Notes: a model not told the origin generated them from the sequence alone. Numbered from the whole stretch's first letter, positions 48,800 to 62,489 are shown. The stretch is DNA of 63,999 nt, filler included, from Basidiobolus ranarum (GCA_040143965.1; 28 parts of 28 records of this genome joined end to end with filler, not necessarily neighbours in it), one strand, 5' to 3'. A program made the numbers and translations.

Positions 48800-50326
48800 A
48801 CATGAAATGATAAGGGAACTCCTGCTGTGATTTAATTCACTTTGGGCCTAAATTGATGAAATTTTGAATAATTTAACACTGCCATTGATTGGTGTTGATA
48901 CAGGCTTGCTATTCTCAATGTTGAAGCAATTTATGATGACTAGGATACATTGAGACTGATGCTGCAAGATTTTCTGACTGGGATTATCTCTCTTGATTTG
49001 GTCTCCAGTGTAATAGCTTGATTCACCTGCATCATTCATCTGAAATTGGTTTGATAAGCTGCTTTTTTCTGATCAAGTGCTTGTAGATATTTGTGGCAAT
49101 GATCAAATCATCCACATATAGTGGCAAGTTAAGGATCCTATTTCTGGTTGTTTTGATGTACTTATTGTGATCTGCTCTGCATATTTGGAATTCCAGTGAT
49201 TCCAAATATTTATCAATCTTGTAGTAACATGCCCTGGGTGCTTGCTTGAGTCCACATAGCCATATATTTAGCTTCACAGACCATATCAGGGTTGTTTGTG
49301 TCAGCAAATTCATCTGGTTGTTCCATACAGTAATCTTCTTCTATACTTCCATTTGATATAAATCAAGGTTATGGATAGGTGAAAGTGCCAGACTTGATAT
49401 TATGAAGCTAAACTAAGCTATTTTGCATATTTTTCATTAAAATAAACCCCTGCAAGTCTGGAATAACTTTTGCAACAAATCCTCCTTGATGGTCCCATCA
49501 GCCCAGTTTTTGACTTTGTAAAAGTATTTTCAACCTATAGGCATTCTTCCTGATTGTAGAGGCCTTCAAACCTGTATTTTATAGTGCTGAGGTAAAGAAA
49601 ACACATCATACATTGCTTTTTTCCATAATTTTGATTATGAACACTCCAGAGCTTGATCTAGAATCTCTGACTTATAATACAATGGTGCATATGCATATAC
49701 AACATCATTGGAAGTGTTCCACCAGTTGCCTGGCTTATTTCTCCTTCTGGACATTCTTCTGGGTCCTGGATCATCCTCTGATGTAAGAGGCTGGAATTTT
49801 GTTTGAATTGGGCTCAGATAGAGCTAGAAATTATTCAGACACTGCCTTGATAGTGCTGATTGTGTTTTCTGGATCAAGAATGATGATTTGAGGTGAAAAT
49901 TAAATTTTTTCTTCAAAAATACATATCTAATGTTCTTCTTCTGAAGCCACTTTCTGCATACTTGCACTGCATTTTTCCCTGCATACTTTGAAAATACTCC
50001 TCAAGTACTGTGACTGTTTTTGTACATCCTTGTAGTGTGACACTGCTGAGGGTGCTTTGTGGTGTTTGGGTAGCTCTTTGCTTGCCTTTACCTTTGGGGC
50101 CAATTTCAACAATTTGAAAATTACTAGTTGAGGTTGAAGAGCCGTGAGTTTTATTTGCTGGCATTTTGGCTTGTTGAGAGATGCCAGGTGTTGGATAAAC
50201 TTCCAAATTTAGCACTCTTCCAACTGGTGTACCCAGTTCCATGATGAAATTAAGCTTTTTTGTCAGTATATCTAATTCTGGAAATGCAGATCTTTGTAAT
50301 GGTGTGAAGAATTTGGTAAGTGGGAC
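48800..50326 (-). pseudogene. Copia IN-RT remnant (48800-49910) and CACTA ORF2 fragment (49915-50326)
   Basis: LCGLKQAPRACY..LYVDDLIIA; LEVYPTPGISQQAK. Confidence 0.8.
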
Positions 50327-51152
50327 NNNNNNNNNNNNNNNNNNNNNNNNNNNNNNNNNNNNNNNNNNNNTTAATTAATTAANNNNNNNNNNNNNNNNNN
50401 NNNNNNNNNNNNNNNNNNNNNNNNNNTATTGGATCATTTGTTAGTAATTGGGCAATTAGGTGGTGTTGAGGAATAAACAATAATAAGCATTTGGCAGGTG
50501 GAAGGTGGGAGAGCTATATTCAGAAAACTAGTCGAGTTACTAAACAAATTGTATCCGATCGATGGCACTCTTGCCAGAAGAATAGATACAAAGGAGCAAT
50601 ACTCCCTACAAAAACCAACAAGTTAAATATTAATATTAACGATTCATCCAACGGTTTGTCCCACTTGTAACCTCGAATTTGCTCGAATCTGGACAAATTT
50701 GTGTAACATTGATGTCCTTTGTTTTTGCAAACAAAGGGCTATAAACGGTTTGTACACAAGGGGCGAGTAACTCTTCACGCCGAATCTGGTATGATCAGTG
50801 GTAAAATTCGGTGGATTGAAAGAGAACCAAAGAAAGCAGGACATCCATTCAACTCTAGATCCTCGATTGTTAACCATGATATCGGACGAAAGGGGATTGA
50901 TAATAGTCATTTGAATAGCGCAAAACGCAACAATGGATTTCGTGGAGGGTGTGATGCATGTGGCACAAAATTAATTGCAGCTCTTAGTTTAATTTGCCAC
51001 TTTATTTTCAAATTCATGTCTTATGCATGTCTCACCCTACCTGTTTGATATTCTTATTCCAATGCAGCCAAAAAAATCCCCAAAATAGCTAGTTATACCG
51101 GACCCTTCATTGACCAGGAAGCTCGTGGATTTGACTCCTAGGCCATACTCTA

Positions 51153-51279
51153 TATCTTGAGCAACCAATGAACACCCGAATGCTCCCTTAACGATTAACG
51201 TTCACATACCATTCTCTATCTTGAGCAACCAATGAACACCAGAATGCTCCCTTGCTATAAGCGTTCACATACCATTCTC
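51153..51279. repeat. Tandem duplication of about 64 bp, each unit with a CCAAT box, upstream of the APSES gene
   Basis: TATCTTGAGCAACCAATGAACACC..CGTTCACATACCATTCTC twice. Confidence 0.85.
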
Positions 51280-52013
51280 GGATTCTATCCTCCCATACTG
51301 TTCTAAGAATGTTTGCTTGGTAGCAATAAAAACTGTTACTAAAATGCAATTAAATAAGGTTGATGCAATGGTGTACCTGACTAGGGTGTACCTGACAACC
51401 AAAAAGGAAGATATGAACTCCAGAAGGGATCACATAATAGGTCCCTGAGAAGCAGCTACTTCTGCTCGCCCTCTCTTCACATCCCCTTCAGGTTCACCTC
51501 TCATTCGTCTGCGTTAATGATCCTTTCCTATTAAGATCTCAGCTCCCGGTGACATAAATAGACATTCCATACAACATATATTTGGGATTTAATTCGTCAC
51601 ATATTTGGGAGAATCTTAGAGCAGTTGATTAGCCAACTATATCGAGAATAAGACAATTGCTCAGATTAAGCAATACAAGCCTAGTTCTATCAAAAAAGGA
51701 ACAAATCCCAACTGCCAATTCAGCTCGATAATTGACGTTGCTCATTGTTGTAATTCTTAATATATTATACACTAAGAAACACATTAATTTATGTCATGAT
51801 GGATATATATGGAGACTCCCAATTAGTCAATGTCTTACCCCAAGGGCCAAATAAACTTGTCAAGATTGAGCAATATAAAAAGGATAAGCTTGGGTTCTGT
51901 AGTTTCATCTCACATTCTATCGATTCCACAGTCTTTGCATGTTAATCTCCTATTGTTAAATACACTATACGCACACACAGTCTTTCTCAATCTTACATAA
52001 CTTAGAAACTTCC

Positions 52014-52609
52014 ATGGCTGGTCATTATACATTTACCTCGCCTAACGACCCATCCAATTATGTCTCCGGAGGTCAACCAAACACCTCCAGTCAAATGACT
52101 AACAATCATCCTTACGGATCTTCTATCCCTTACACTACTCCCTCTCATATATCCTCGTATTCGACTAATAATGGAGTAAGCAACTCTGGATTTCCACACG
52201 CTTTTCCGATGACTCTTCCCATTCAAGACTCCCTCTATAATGCCAATAATATACAGTCTCCTCAAATGTATTCTCAGTATTCGGGTACATCTTCTGCAAA
52301 ATGGCCGCCCACCAGCAACCCCTGGGCTAGTCCAATGGTTGCTCAGGGAATGGGTGAATCCTGGTCGAATCTTTCTGGCATGCCATCTCTCAACCGTCAA
52401 AGACCGAAGTTGACAACAACACTATGGGAAGATGAAAATACCGTGTGTTTCCAGGTAGACGCCAAAGGGATATGCGTTGCCCGTAGACAAGGTATTTATT
52501 TAAATTCTTGACTTTTGTTTATCAATAGCAGCACTAATATTTGCTTCGCTTAGATAATGACATGGTCAATGGAACCAAACTGTTGAATGTCACTGGAATG
52601 TCCAGAGGC
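52014..52609 (+). CDS. stuA: APSES transcription factor (StuA/Sok2/Efg1 clade), 3' partial; intron 52492-52553
   Basis: [49 protein letters not shown]. Confidence 0.92.
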
Positions 52610-52709
52610 NNNNNNNNNNNNNNNNNNNNNNNNNNNNNNNNNNNNNNNNNNNNTTAATTAATTAANNNNNNNNNNNNNNNNNNNNNNNNNNNNNNNNNNN
52701 NNNNNNNNN

Positions 52710-54630
52710 CTGAAAACTAACTCAAGTAGTGATGAAGCATTGATTAGTTTACCAGATGTGTTCCTTCACAGCAATAGTGCAAGTGAAGAGATTGCAATCC
52801 CCCAATTTTGTAGTAAATCAATAATTGAGCAAAGTTCAACAGAAACACCATTAAGATCATCAACTTCCAAAATGGCTACTTTTCCAACTATTGAACAACC
52901 CGCTGTAGAAAATTTAGATAGAATTATTACAACAATGGAATCACAGACCAAATACCATAATGAACTGTATGTGATCATAACCAAAAACTACAAAGTTGCT
53001 ATACAGGCCATGACAAGCAAAAATGCCACAATATTGCAATAAATGCAGCATTTGGAAGCAACTAGTCAAAAGTTAGAGAGTTACTCAACAATGCTACAAG
53101 ACCTTCAGAATGCAAACATGATCTACAGCAGCATGCTGCTCCCTCCATCCATTTTCATATGAAATTTGAACCAATCCCACAACATACATATCAATGCCAC
53201 TGTGACAATCTAGCAGAGCAGAATAGGTGTTGTACCATTAGACCTACACAACAACCCAAAATCACTTGGGCACATGAAAGTAGAAATCTAGTAGGAAATC
53301 CGGCAAACCAAAAGACTCTGATTGTCAGGGCTACCACCACTTGCTCTAATGATGAGAGGCTTAACATTTTCAAAACTGTGTGGAATCTTGTCTGAAATCA
53401 CCTTCATTTGAGCCAATTGTGGAAAAACTAAAAATCATGCATTACTGTCAAGGTTGTTGACTTATTTCATGTGGCTTATCCTAGGTTTTTGCAAGCAAAT
53501 GGCAACTGGGCTAGTATAGGCCTTTTCATGAAACATCTCAAAAATTTAAACAATTAGTAACTTGGAAAAGAAAGAAAAGAAGCTAAAGAAGTACTCACGG
53601 AGCAGAAAGTTGGTAAACCCTGGGGAAAAGCAAAGCAGGTAGTGAGTTTAGGCTCTACTGTCTCACTTGCCAAATTCTTCACACCATTACAAAGATCTGT
53701 ATTTCCAGAGCTATATATATAGGCAAAAAAGCTTGATTTCACCATGAAACCAGGTACACCAGTTTGAAGAGTGCTAAATTTGGAAGTTTATTCAACACCT
53801 GGCACCTGTCAAAATGGCCAAAACACCAGCAAATAAGACTCATGGCTCTCCAATCCCTAACAAAAATAAAGTTGATTTGATCTGGATTGGATACACCCTT
53901 CTGGATTGCAAAACCATCAGGGAACCATCACAATATATGGTGGCTTGCATTCTGCCAGGCATTTTGATGGTGTGACAATGGTTTCATGAAGGTATCTATG
54001 CATGTCAAAATATTGATTCCCATATTTGGCATGTGTAATTTGATTTCTAGCAATTTTTGCAAAAAATATAATTTTTAAACGGCAAATTATTAGGTTTACT
54101 ACTGTAGGAATTTGAATTAATATGCATGCCTTTACTTAGATATTTTAGGGTTTATATTCCAGCCATAATGAGAATCAAAAAATACAAGAATCTTGCTGTG
54201 TTTAGTGTCCATATGCACATATTTGACTGATTGGACATGACTCAACAACATCAATATGCTTTACCAGAAAACTATTGGTGGAAAAATTGCTAAACAGCTG
54301 AAATTTTGAATAGCACTGACACTTGTCATACAGCTGACTCTTATTACCATTCACAATGAGAATAACCTCTTGGACTTTGGCAAATTTCAATAAAAAATTC
54401 AGCTACAATAGCCCCAACCTGCAGTCAACCAATGTCCTACCACAAGTAGATATGTCATTGCTTGAATAGATTACCCCATGGCTAAAACAATAATACTGCA
54501 TATCTTGATCTATCTTACCAAGTAGTCTGTCTTGCAGCTTTCCTAGAAATACTGTCAGATTATCACACAAACTAATTAGTCCAAATTATAGTGGTAATTA
54601 CTCTGTATCCATGGATTTGGTTTTGTTCCA
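52710..54630. mobile_element. CACTA ORF2 central part (+, 52710-53854) interrupted by another copy's end B (53855) and transposase C-terminus (-)
   Basis: Links the ORF2 5' half to the LEVY..PG segment; CCCTAACAAAAATAAA at 53855. Confidence 0.82.
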
Positions 54631-54661
54631 GTTATTATTGAAATTATTTGAGGAGAAATAT

Positions 54662-54734
54662 TGGTCTGCCCAGAATTTGAACCTGGGACCTCCTTCACTC
54701 TAGCATGGTGCTCTAACCACTAATCTACCAGTCC
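54662..54734 (-). pseudogene. tRNA-like sequence (73 nt, degenerate cloverleaf) embedded in a repeat
   Basis: GGACTGG TA GATT AGTGGTTA GAGC A CCATG CTAGAGT GAAGG AGGTC CCAGG TTCAAAT TCTGG GCAGACC A; A and B boxes present, T-arm pairs, other stems mismatched. Confidence 0.7.
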
Positions 54735-55000
54735 TTGTATGCTATGCCCTTATTGCTAGGGAACCTGTCATGATTCTGATCTTAGCATACTGATCCACTT
54801 CAAAAAGAACTCTTCGATTATTAGATTATGACATCATATCTGCTTTACCATCCCTTCTTGGCATTCTGTTGTTAGTTCATCCAGAGTACTTNNNNNNNNN
54901 NNNNNNNNNNNNNNNNNNNNNNNNNNNNNNNNNNNTTAATTAATTAANNNNNNNNNNNNNNNNNNNNNNNNNNNNNNNNNNNNNNNNNNNNCGTGTACAT

Positions 55001-55134
55001 ACTTGCAACCATATGGAGCCTGTTACAACCGCATCTTCCAATTCTCCCAGATATTCCGATCTCACAGATTGATTCTGGTAATCTCTCGAGTTCTTGGATA
55101 CCGGACTTCCCAATACCAATTGACAAGCCAATTC
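55001..55134 (-). CDS. Probable exon of an unidentified gene
   Basis: Open segment between a TTTTATTAG acceptor and a GTATGT donor; normal CpG content. Confidence 0.35.
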
Positions 55135-56655
55135 TAATAAAATAATAGATTCTCTATCTATTTTTAGTGAAGGTTTCATGATGTCAGGTGGATTCCTATG
55201 TTTCATTGAATAGTGAGTTAGGCACAGGACAGGTTAGGATAACATGTAGTATTCTTCTCCAGAAATGTATTCAACACTATTTTACCAACTTTATCTATGC
55301 TTGAATCTAATGGCCCCCTCATTCTATTGATCCCGATAAACCTTAGAATTAAGCATCCAAATACCATATTGAGCATATTAAAAGTTTATTTACTGAATAT
55401 TTAAGTAATACAACTTTAAATGTTGATGCGCAACAGTAGTGCTTAGAAAAGTCGCAAGTGACAATTGAGTAATAGATATAATATATATATACTATGAGAA
55501 ATGTTGGTGGAGATTTCCAAGATGATTGGAATAAGGTTGAATAGGTTCAGTAGAGAATAAAGTATATTATATTGTGCATAGGTAATACGAGCAGCAACTA
55601 TATATCAGATAAATTTGTATATAATACCCAAGTACCCAGCTTTACCTAGTGCTATTTGTTATAGACTGAGAACATGGTACTGATCAAAGATTCACTACTT
55701 AATCCTTCTTTATTGCAGAAATTGCTCAAGTTTTCTTCTACTTGGGTGTCAATAAATGTACTTGAATCTGACTAATTCCATATTAATTGCATCAGTAACT
55801 CATCATAATGGTATAAAATACTTGTGATCTAGAAAGGTAATATGGCACTCTACTACGATTCGAACATTAGTAATGATCATTGTGGAGTTAACTATCATAA
55901 TCTGTGCATCTTTCACATCCATACAAGTATCAGGAGAAACCATTCTCTCCATACTTTCAAAGGAAGCAAAGCTTTAGGGTTAGCAAAATCTGATTATTCC
56001 TATAATTTACATCTATGATTATCATTACTAGCAAGACAATAACTTGAGCATCTGTAGAGCAATTTCTTCTATAAACTCCTCAACATTACATGTGAAAGTT
56101 CAATACCTATTGCCTGAATCGAGGCTTATTGAAGAGCTTCTCAGAATCAGAAACTGTGACATATTCATCAGAGTGTATAGGCAATCTTCATTGATATGAA
56201 ACTAACTACATAGCCCAAGATGACGAGATATTCAAAGATTTAATTATTATCAGCATACTTATAGAGAAAAGTTAGGTCACTTCCAGCCATAGCCACTCTG
56301 AAAATTACAATATACTAATAGTAGACAAACTAAACTTTCAAAAGTTAGTATTCATTTGTTGACAGAACTAATAGTAGACGCCATGCCTATAACATAATCC
56401 CCAGCAGCTTACTATCACATGCCAATAAGATCTTATCGGGTTATTTATCGACTACGTTCACGAATTTTCAATAAATCATGTTTCCGACTTTGCCTCGAAC
56501 TGCCATAAAACAGCGTCAACAATATATGCTATGAGATGTGAAATTAAAGTTTCTACGATATCTTTGGTATTGTATAAGTTTTATTATTAAAATTGCTAGT
56601 TTGCACTTTATAAGGTTCCACAAATAAGATCCATTCAATTTCACACTTACGATTA

Positions 56656-57172
56656 TTAATCATCTTCATCCCAGTCATCATCATCATCTTCATTCTCCGA
56701 ATCTGTAAAATTATCGTTAGTGTTTGAAAACTTTCAATCATCATAATGGATTCAAATATATACCTGAATGAGCCAAAACTTTATTTCTAGCACTGAGAGC
56801 ATTGGCTAATGCCATGGCCAAGTCACCTCCACCAGCAGAATCTTCTACAGGACTGGGGAGCTTAGGTGATGCTGTCTCAGAACGGTCCACGTGCTTCAAA
56901 GCTCCGATTCCTCCAGCGCCACGAATACTAGCCAAAAGGCCGTTACGATCATCAGTAGGAGGAGGTAACTTGGAGGGTGTTTGTACTCCACTACCCATTG
57001 GAGGCGGTGGTGGAATTCCTGCACCCATTGGAGGAGGAGGTGGTGGTGGTGGTGGAACTGCAGCCCCCACAGGAGGTGAGGCTATTGCCAGACTAGGTGG
57101 CAAGTTAAAAATATTCGAAATAGGGTGTTGTGATGCAGAAGGTAGCGCATGTGGTGGTGGAGGTATTGCTTG
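56656..57172 (-). CDS. LAS17: WASP/Las17-type nucleation-promoting factor, C-terminus (polyproline, WH2, central, acidic); intron 56703-56763
   Basis: PPPPPPPP; DRNGLLASIR..ALKHV; DLAMALANALSARN; S|DSENEDDDDDWDEDD*. Confidence 0.88.
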
Positions 57173-57593
57173 NNNNNNNNNNNNNNNNNNNNNNNNNNNN
57201 NNNNNNNNNNNNNNNNTTAATTAATTAANNNNNNNNNNNNNNNNNNNNNNNNNNNNNNNNNNNNNNNNNNNNAAGAACTACAAAGTTGCTATACAGGCCA
57301 TGACAAGCAATAATGTCCCAATATCATAATTACTGCAGCATTCTGAAGCACCCAGTCAACAGTCAGAGAGGCCCTCAATATTGATACAAGACCTACTGAA
57401 TGCTGTCTTGAGCTACAGCAACATGCTGCTCCCTCTGTCCATTTGCATACAGGATTTCAATCTATCTCACACGATACATATGAATGTCACCATGACAATT
57501 TAGCAGAGTAGAATATGCATTGGACCATTAAGCCTACACAACAACCCAAAATTTCTTGGGCACATGAAAGTAGAAATCTGGTAGGAAAATGGG

Positions 57594-58650
57594 TGTAGTG
57601 GGGTTGTGTTGATACTCACTGGCAGGTTGACTTATTTCCACTACAAGATCATATCATTACTATTGCACAATTTTTATTTTAGTACCCATATTTGACTTAC
57701 TCATATTTTCTAGCCAATCAAAGAACACCATTAGTATTGTCTCCTATTCCTTGAGATACATGAGTATTAACACAAATTATCCCTATTATCTTCTGGAAAA
57801 TACCATAATCTTCCAGAACATTCCACAAGATTCTTGGAATATTTGATGATTCATTGAACCTGACCAATCAAAACTTAATTTTACCAGAATATTCCATGAC
57901 TTTTTAAATTTTTCTACAACCTTCCACAACATGCCATAGATTACTAATTGTATGATTTATAAATATATTGTAACCCCAGATACCCACCAACAGAATTCTC
58001 TGGAACTTTCTAGTAATTTTCACTAGTAATCATTTCTACCTTGAGAAAAGTATAAATAGGAGCCATATCTTTTCAAATAAAAATCATTCTTATTTTCAAC
58101 CAAGAAACACTACTTGTGATCACCTCTTATTTTCATCACTGCTTACAAGACCATTGAAGAGGAAGCTCAAGACAGACTACTTGAGAGTGTTACAGGCTAC
58201 TGTGTGACCAGAAAGGACTTGACTGGCTCAAAGAAAGTACTGACAGGTAGATGTTATATATCTGATACTTTAGATTTTTTTCCCTAGCTTTGTCTGCATA
58301 GGAAGGAACTTTTCAGATCCTTTGATAAATTACTACTGGTAAATCCTCATTCAAGACCCTGCTGGCTGAGTTTACAGTTGTTTTTGATTGGATATATTCT
58401 TTTTATCTAATTGTTCTCCAAGGACATTGAGCCAGTATATTCTTTTGACAGGTGCCAGCATATTATTCCACAGAAAGCTAGACATTGCATTGTGATTTAC
58501 CATTCTTTAGATATTTCAAGAGGCTTGATTCCTTTTCACAAAGACCCAAGAGGCAGGAGGCAGACCCATATTACAGTACATGACAGAGTTATTCAACTAT
58601 GGTTCTTGCACCCTTTGAACACCTCACAAAACCCTTAGGATATACTACTA
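57594..58650 (+). mobile_element. Putative long solo LTR (about 1.05 kb) between CACTA fragments
   Basis: Starts TGTAGT, ends near ACTAC; central TATAAATAG; CpG-free; no TSD seen. Confidence 0.45.
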
Positions 58651-58654
58651 ACTT

Positions 58655-59452
58655 TGATCCTCAAATTTGGCATGCATTATTCAATATCTGGCAATTTTTT
58701 GCAAAAATCTAATTTTTAATAGCAAATTACTGGGTTTACTGCTGTAGGAATTCAAATTGATACACATGCCTTTATTTAAATATTTTAGGCTTTGTATTCC
58801 AGCCATAATGAGAATCAAAAAAAACAAGAATCTTGTTGTGTTTAGTCTCTACATATGCACATACTTGACTGATTAAGCATAACTCAACAATATCAATATG
58901 CTTTACCAGCAAACTAATGGCGGAAAAAGTGCAAAACATCTGAAATTTTTAATAGCACTGATACTTGGTAAATAGCTTACTCTTGTTACTGAAGCTCTTG
59001 GATTTTGGCAAATTTCCATAAAGAATTCAGACATTATATCCCCAACTTGCAGTCAACAAATGTCCTGCCACAAGTAGATGTGTCATTGCTCAAACAGATA
59101 ACTCCATGGCTAATATGATGTTACTGCATATCCTGATCTATCTAACCAAGAAGTCTGTCTTGCAGCTTTGCTAACAATACAGTCAGACTATTACACAAAC
59201 AATTTAGTCAAAATCATAGAGGTAATTACTCTGTGTCCATGGATTGGGCCTTGTTGCTGCTATTGTGCTCAAACAAAGAAAAAAACACATGAGCACATTG
59301 AAAAGAGCTCTTTGTTGGAAGGTTACTAAACTCTGGAGTCTCCTTAACCCATTGCATAACATCCATCACTAATTTTGCTGATACATTGTTAATCAGATTA
59401 GCATATGGTAATACTGACAAATTCACACGGAGCATCATTTCACAACAGGTGC
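58655..59452 (-). pseudogene. CACTA transposase 3' exons
   Basis: EMMLRV..LPYANLIN..MDTE, short intron, then the C-terminal exon. Confidence 0.82.
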
Positions 59453-59552
59453 NNNNNNNNNNNNNNNNNNNNNNNNNNNNNNNNNNNNNNNNNNNNTTAA
59501 TTAATTAANNNNNNNNNNNNNNNNNNNNNNNNNNNNNNNNNNNNNNNNNNNN

Positions 59553-60917
59553 TATAAAGGTGATATTTTTGTATATCCCATCAATATCTTTAGCTGATTG
59601 TGAATGGTGCCACCAATGAGTCATCAGGGGAATTACAAGATATTTCCAGTAATAGATTGCAATTTTGGTTTATTATCAGCTGTGTCTAAGCAATTTTATA
59701 ACACCAAGTGTACCATCAGAAAATTTCATTGCCATTCAACAAGCATTTCAAATTAAATCAAAATTGGCTTTCAAGCTAAAGCCTGCAGGCTCAAAAGGAA
59801 AAAACCAGCAAGAATAGAGGACTTAATTGATAAGCACTCTATCAATCCACTATCCACTTTTGAAGGCATTAACATGTCAGAAACTAACTCATGTAGTGCT
59901 GAAGGATTAACCAATTTACTAGATGTGTTTCTTTCAAGTAATAGTGCAAGTGAAAAGATTGTAATCCCTCAGTTACATAGTGAGTCAATAGTTCAGCAAA
60001 GTTCAACAGAAACAAAATATGTGTTGGACTATTAAGTATATAAGAAAATGTATTACTAGCATCAGATATACTAGCAAAAAGGCTTGATTTTGTCATGCAA
60101 CAAAGTACACCAGTTGGATTAGTGCTAAATTTAGAAGTTTATCCAAAACCTGGCACCTCTTACCATGGCTAAACACAAGCAAAAGAATCTCACAGTTCTC
60201 CAACCTCAACTTTACTTTTCAAAGTGTTGATATTAGCCCCAAACTTCAAAGCAACCAAAAAGCCACTCAAACACTATAAAGCACCCCTCAGCAGTGTCTC
60301 ACTAAAAGGACATAAAAAAAGAGTAAAAGTGCTTGAGGAGTATTTTCAAATGTGTGAAGTGAAGAATGCAGTCCAAGTATGCAGAAAGTGCATCAGAAGA
60401 AGAACATTCAACTTTACATTTAGTCTAGTGTTGACTATGCAGGTATTTGGGAAGAACATAATACAGAGTGGCACAATATTACAGGGTGTCCACCAGATAG
60501 CTGGAAGAATGTGGATTTGGCAATAGTAATACAATGTTGGGCTTTGGTGGAGATGTTGATACAAACTTGTGTTGGATCTGAGCTAAACCTTTGGTATGAA
60601 GAAGTCTATAAAGATATTCAGGATAATATATCAAAGAAACTAGCAATTTCACATGCTACAAATTAGTGTTCAAGTGGCTCATGTGCAAAATTTGAGTTAC
60701 TTTTTTGCTCATGTGTTGATCCATAGTTTTCTGAGATTGTCACCAATTATGTCCAACTATTAAGCAAGATTGTCAAATTTCTCACCTGAAACTGAAAAAA
60801 TTGATAAAAATCAGATCTAACTTGAAGATTATATGATGGTCAGTAAACAATCATTCCAAAATGGATCAAAATTGTGATGGTTTGCTTACATTAATAGTCC
60901 TCAAACTTCTGTTAGGG
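59553..60917 (+). mobile_element. Internally deleted CACTA half: promoter, ORF2, end A
   Basis: One contig runs from the promoter homolog through ORF2 pieces to ...TTCTGTTAGGG at 60917. Confidence 0.82.
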
Positions 60918-61831
60918 AAATATAGAATACATAATTAGATTGCTTCAAATTTCTGTGCCATTTCATATCTCTCAGGATCATCTCAAGACTTGTGTTATGA
61001 AGCATTAACAGTATTTTACCGCAAAAATATTGTTAGATAGGATAAACAAGTAGAAAATATATACCTTTTTGCTACTATATCAAGTCCACTGCCTGCATAT
61101 TAATAAAGCTCAAATCTCCTTGGTTGATTTAGAGCAGAAATTTGATAATCAAAAAAAAAGCAAATAACTACTTCCAGTGATGCTGTTTATGCTTAAACAA
61201 CTTGGTTCAAGAGGCCCTAAATCCTGGATGGAACATCAAAATGCTTAGCTACAAAATTGTGACAATAATAAAGCAGCACTATCTTTACCCCAGGACCACA
61301 TAAAACACTTTTTGGCTGCCTGCCTGCCAATGAAAGTCAAAAGGTTCTGGTTGGTTAATACAGTCAAAAAATGATAATATGGAACCATCAACAAGCCAGA
61401 CTAGTTGGAATAGCTACCCTCAGAGACTGATAGCTGATTTTAAGGAAAAGTTCTCAAAGTAGCCCAGTTCATATATAGTATCTCTAGCTCCTCACCATCT
61501 GCTGTCCAGCACCTTAATTTTTAATAAGTAACTTCTCAAACTCCCATTCTGAATTGCATTTTGAAAGAAGAGGCCTTCCAAGCAATTGAAAGGATTTGGA
61601 AACCTAGACCATCTAGCTATGATGTATAAACTTGTGCAAGCACCAAAGACTTAATATAGCTGGACTCACTGGAATCCAACAATAGTGCTACTAGTTGCAG
61701 TAATTGTATTAAAACCAACAAAAGATGTTGTNNNNNNNNNNNNNNNNNNNNNNNNNNNNNNNNNNNNNNNNNNNNTTAATTAATTAANNNNNNNNNNNNN
61801 NNNNNNNNNNNNNNNNNNNNNNNNNNNNNNN

Positions 61832-62489
61832 AAGCCACACAAACACTGCAAAGCACCCTCAGTAGTATCACACTACAAGGACATACAAAAATAGTCAAAG
61901 TGCTTGAGGAGTATTTTCAAAAGTATGAAGGGAAAAATGCAGCGCAAGTATGCAGAAAATGGCTTCAGAAGAAGAACATTCAACTTGTCATTCAGTTTGA
62001 TGTTGACCATGCAGACATCTGGGAAGAACTTAATACAGGGTGGCACAATATTGCAGAGTATCTGCCAGATAGCTGGAAGAATGTTGATTCAGCAATGTTC
62101 ATACAATGGTGGGCTTCGATGGAGATATTGATATAAATCATGTTGGGTATGAGCTAAACCTTGGGTATGAAGAACTCTATAGGAATATTCACGAGAATAT
62201 ATCAAAGAGACTAGGGATTTTGAAGGTGACAAATTAGCATTCAAGTGGTAATTGTGTAAAGTTTGATTTCTATTTTTTGCACACATGTTGATCCATAGTT
62301 CTCTGAGACTGTAGCTAATCATGCACAACTATTTTGCAAGATCTTGAAATTTCACTCTTAAAACTGAAAAAATTGATTAAAATCAAATCTAACTTAACAA
62401 TTTTATGTTGGTAAGTAAACAGTCAATCCCAAATGGATAAAAATTGTGATGGTTTTCCTCTAATTACAATCCTCAAATTTCTCTCAGGG
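61832..62489 (+). mobile_element. CACTA ORF2 C-terminus plus end A, abutting copia integrase
   Basis: LEEYFQKYEGKNAAQVCRKWLQKKNI..WW; ...TTTCTCTCAGGG. Confidence 0.82.

Noticed and set aside
50644-51048. ORFs of 88 and 109 aa upstream of the APSES gene; likewise 4609-4887, 7174-7461 and 8163-8591
   Set aside because: No recognisable motifs, coding bias or splice structure; probably intergenic.
54662-54734. Functional tRNA-Ser(AGA)
   Set aside because: Acceptor, D and anticodon stems are mismatched, there is no long variable arm, and the B box has lost its CpG.
2198-61831. Regularly spaced TTAATTAATTAA motif every 2.3 kb, resembling an array, nanochromosome ends or a programmed-rearrangement signal
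   Set aside because: It sits inside N runs of fixed length, gives stops in all six frames, and the contigs are sorted by size: an assembly linker.
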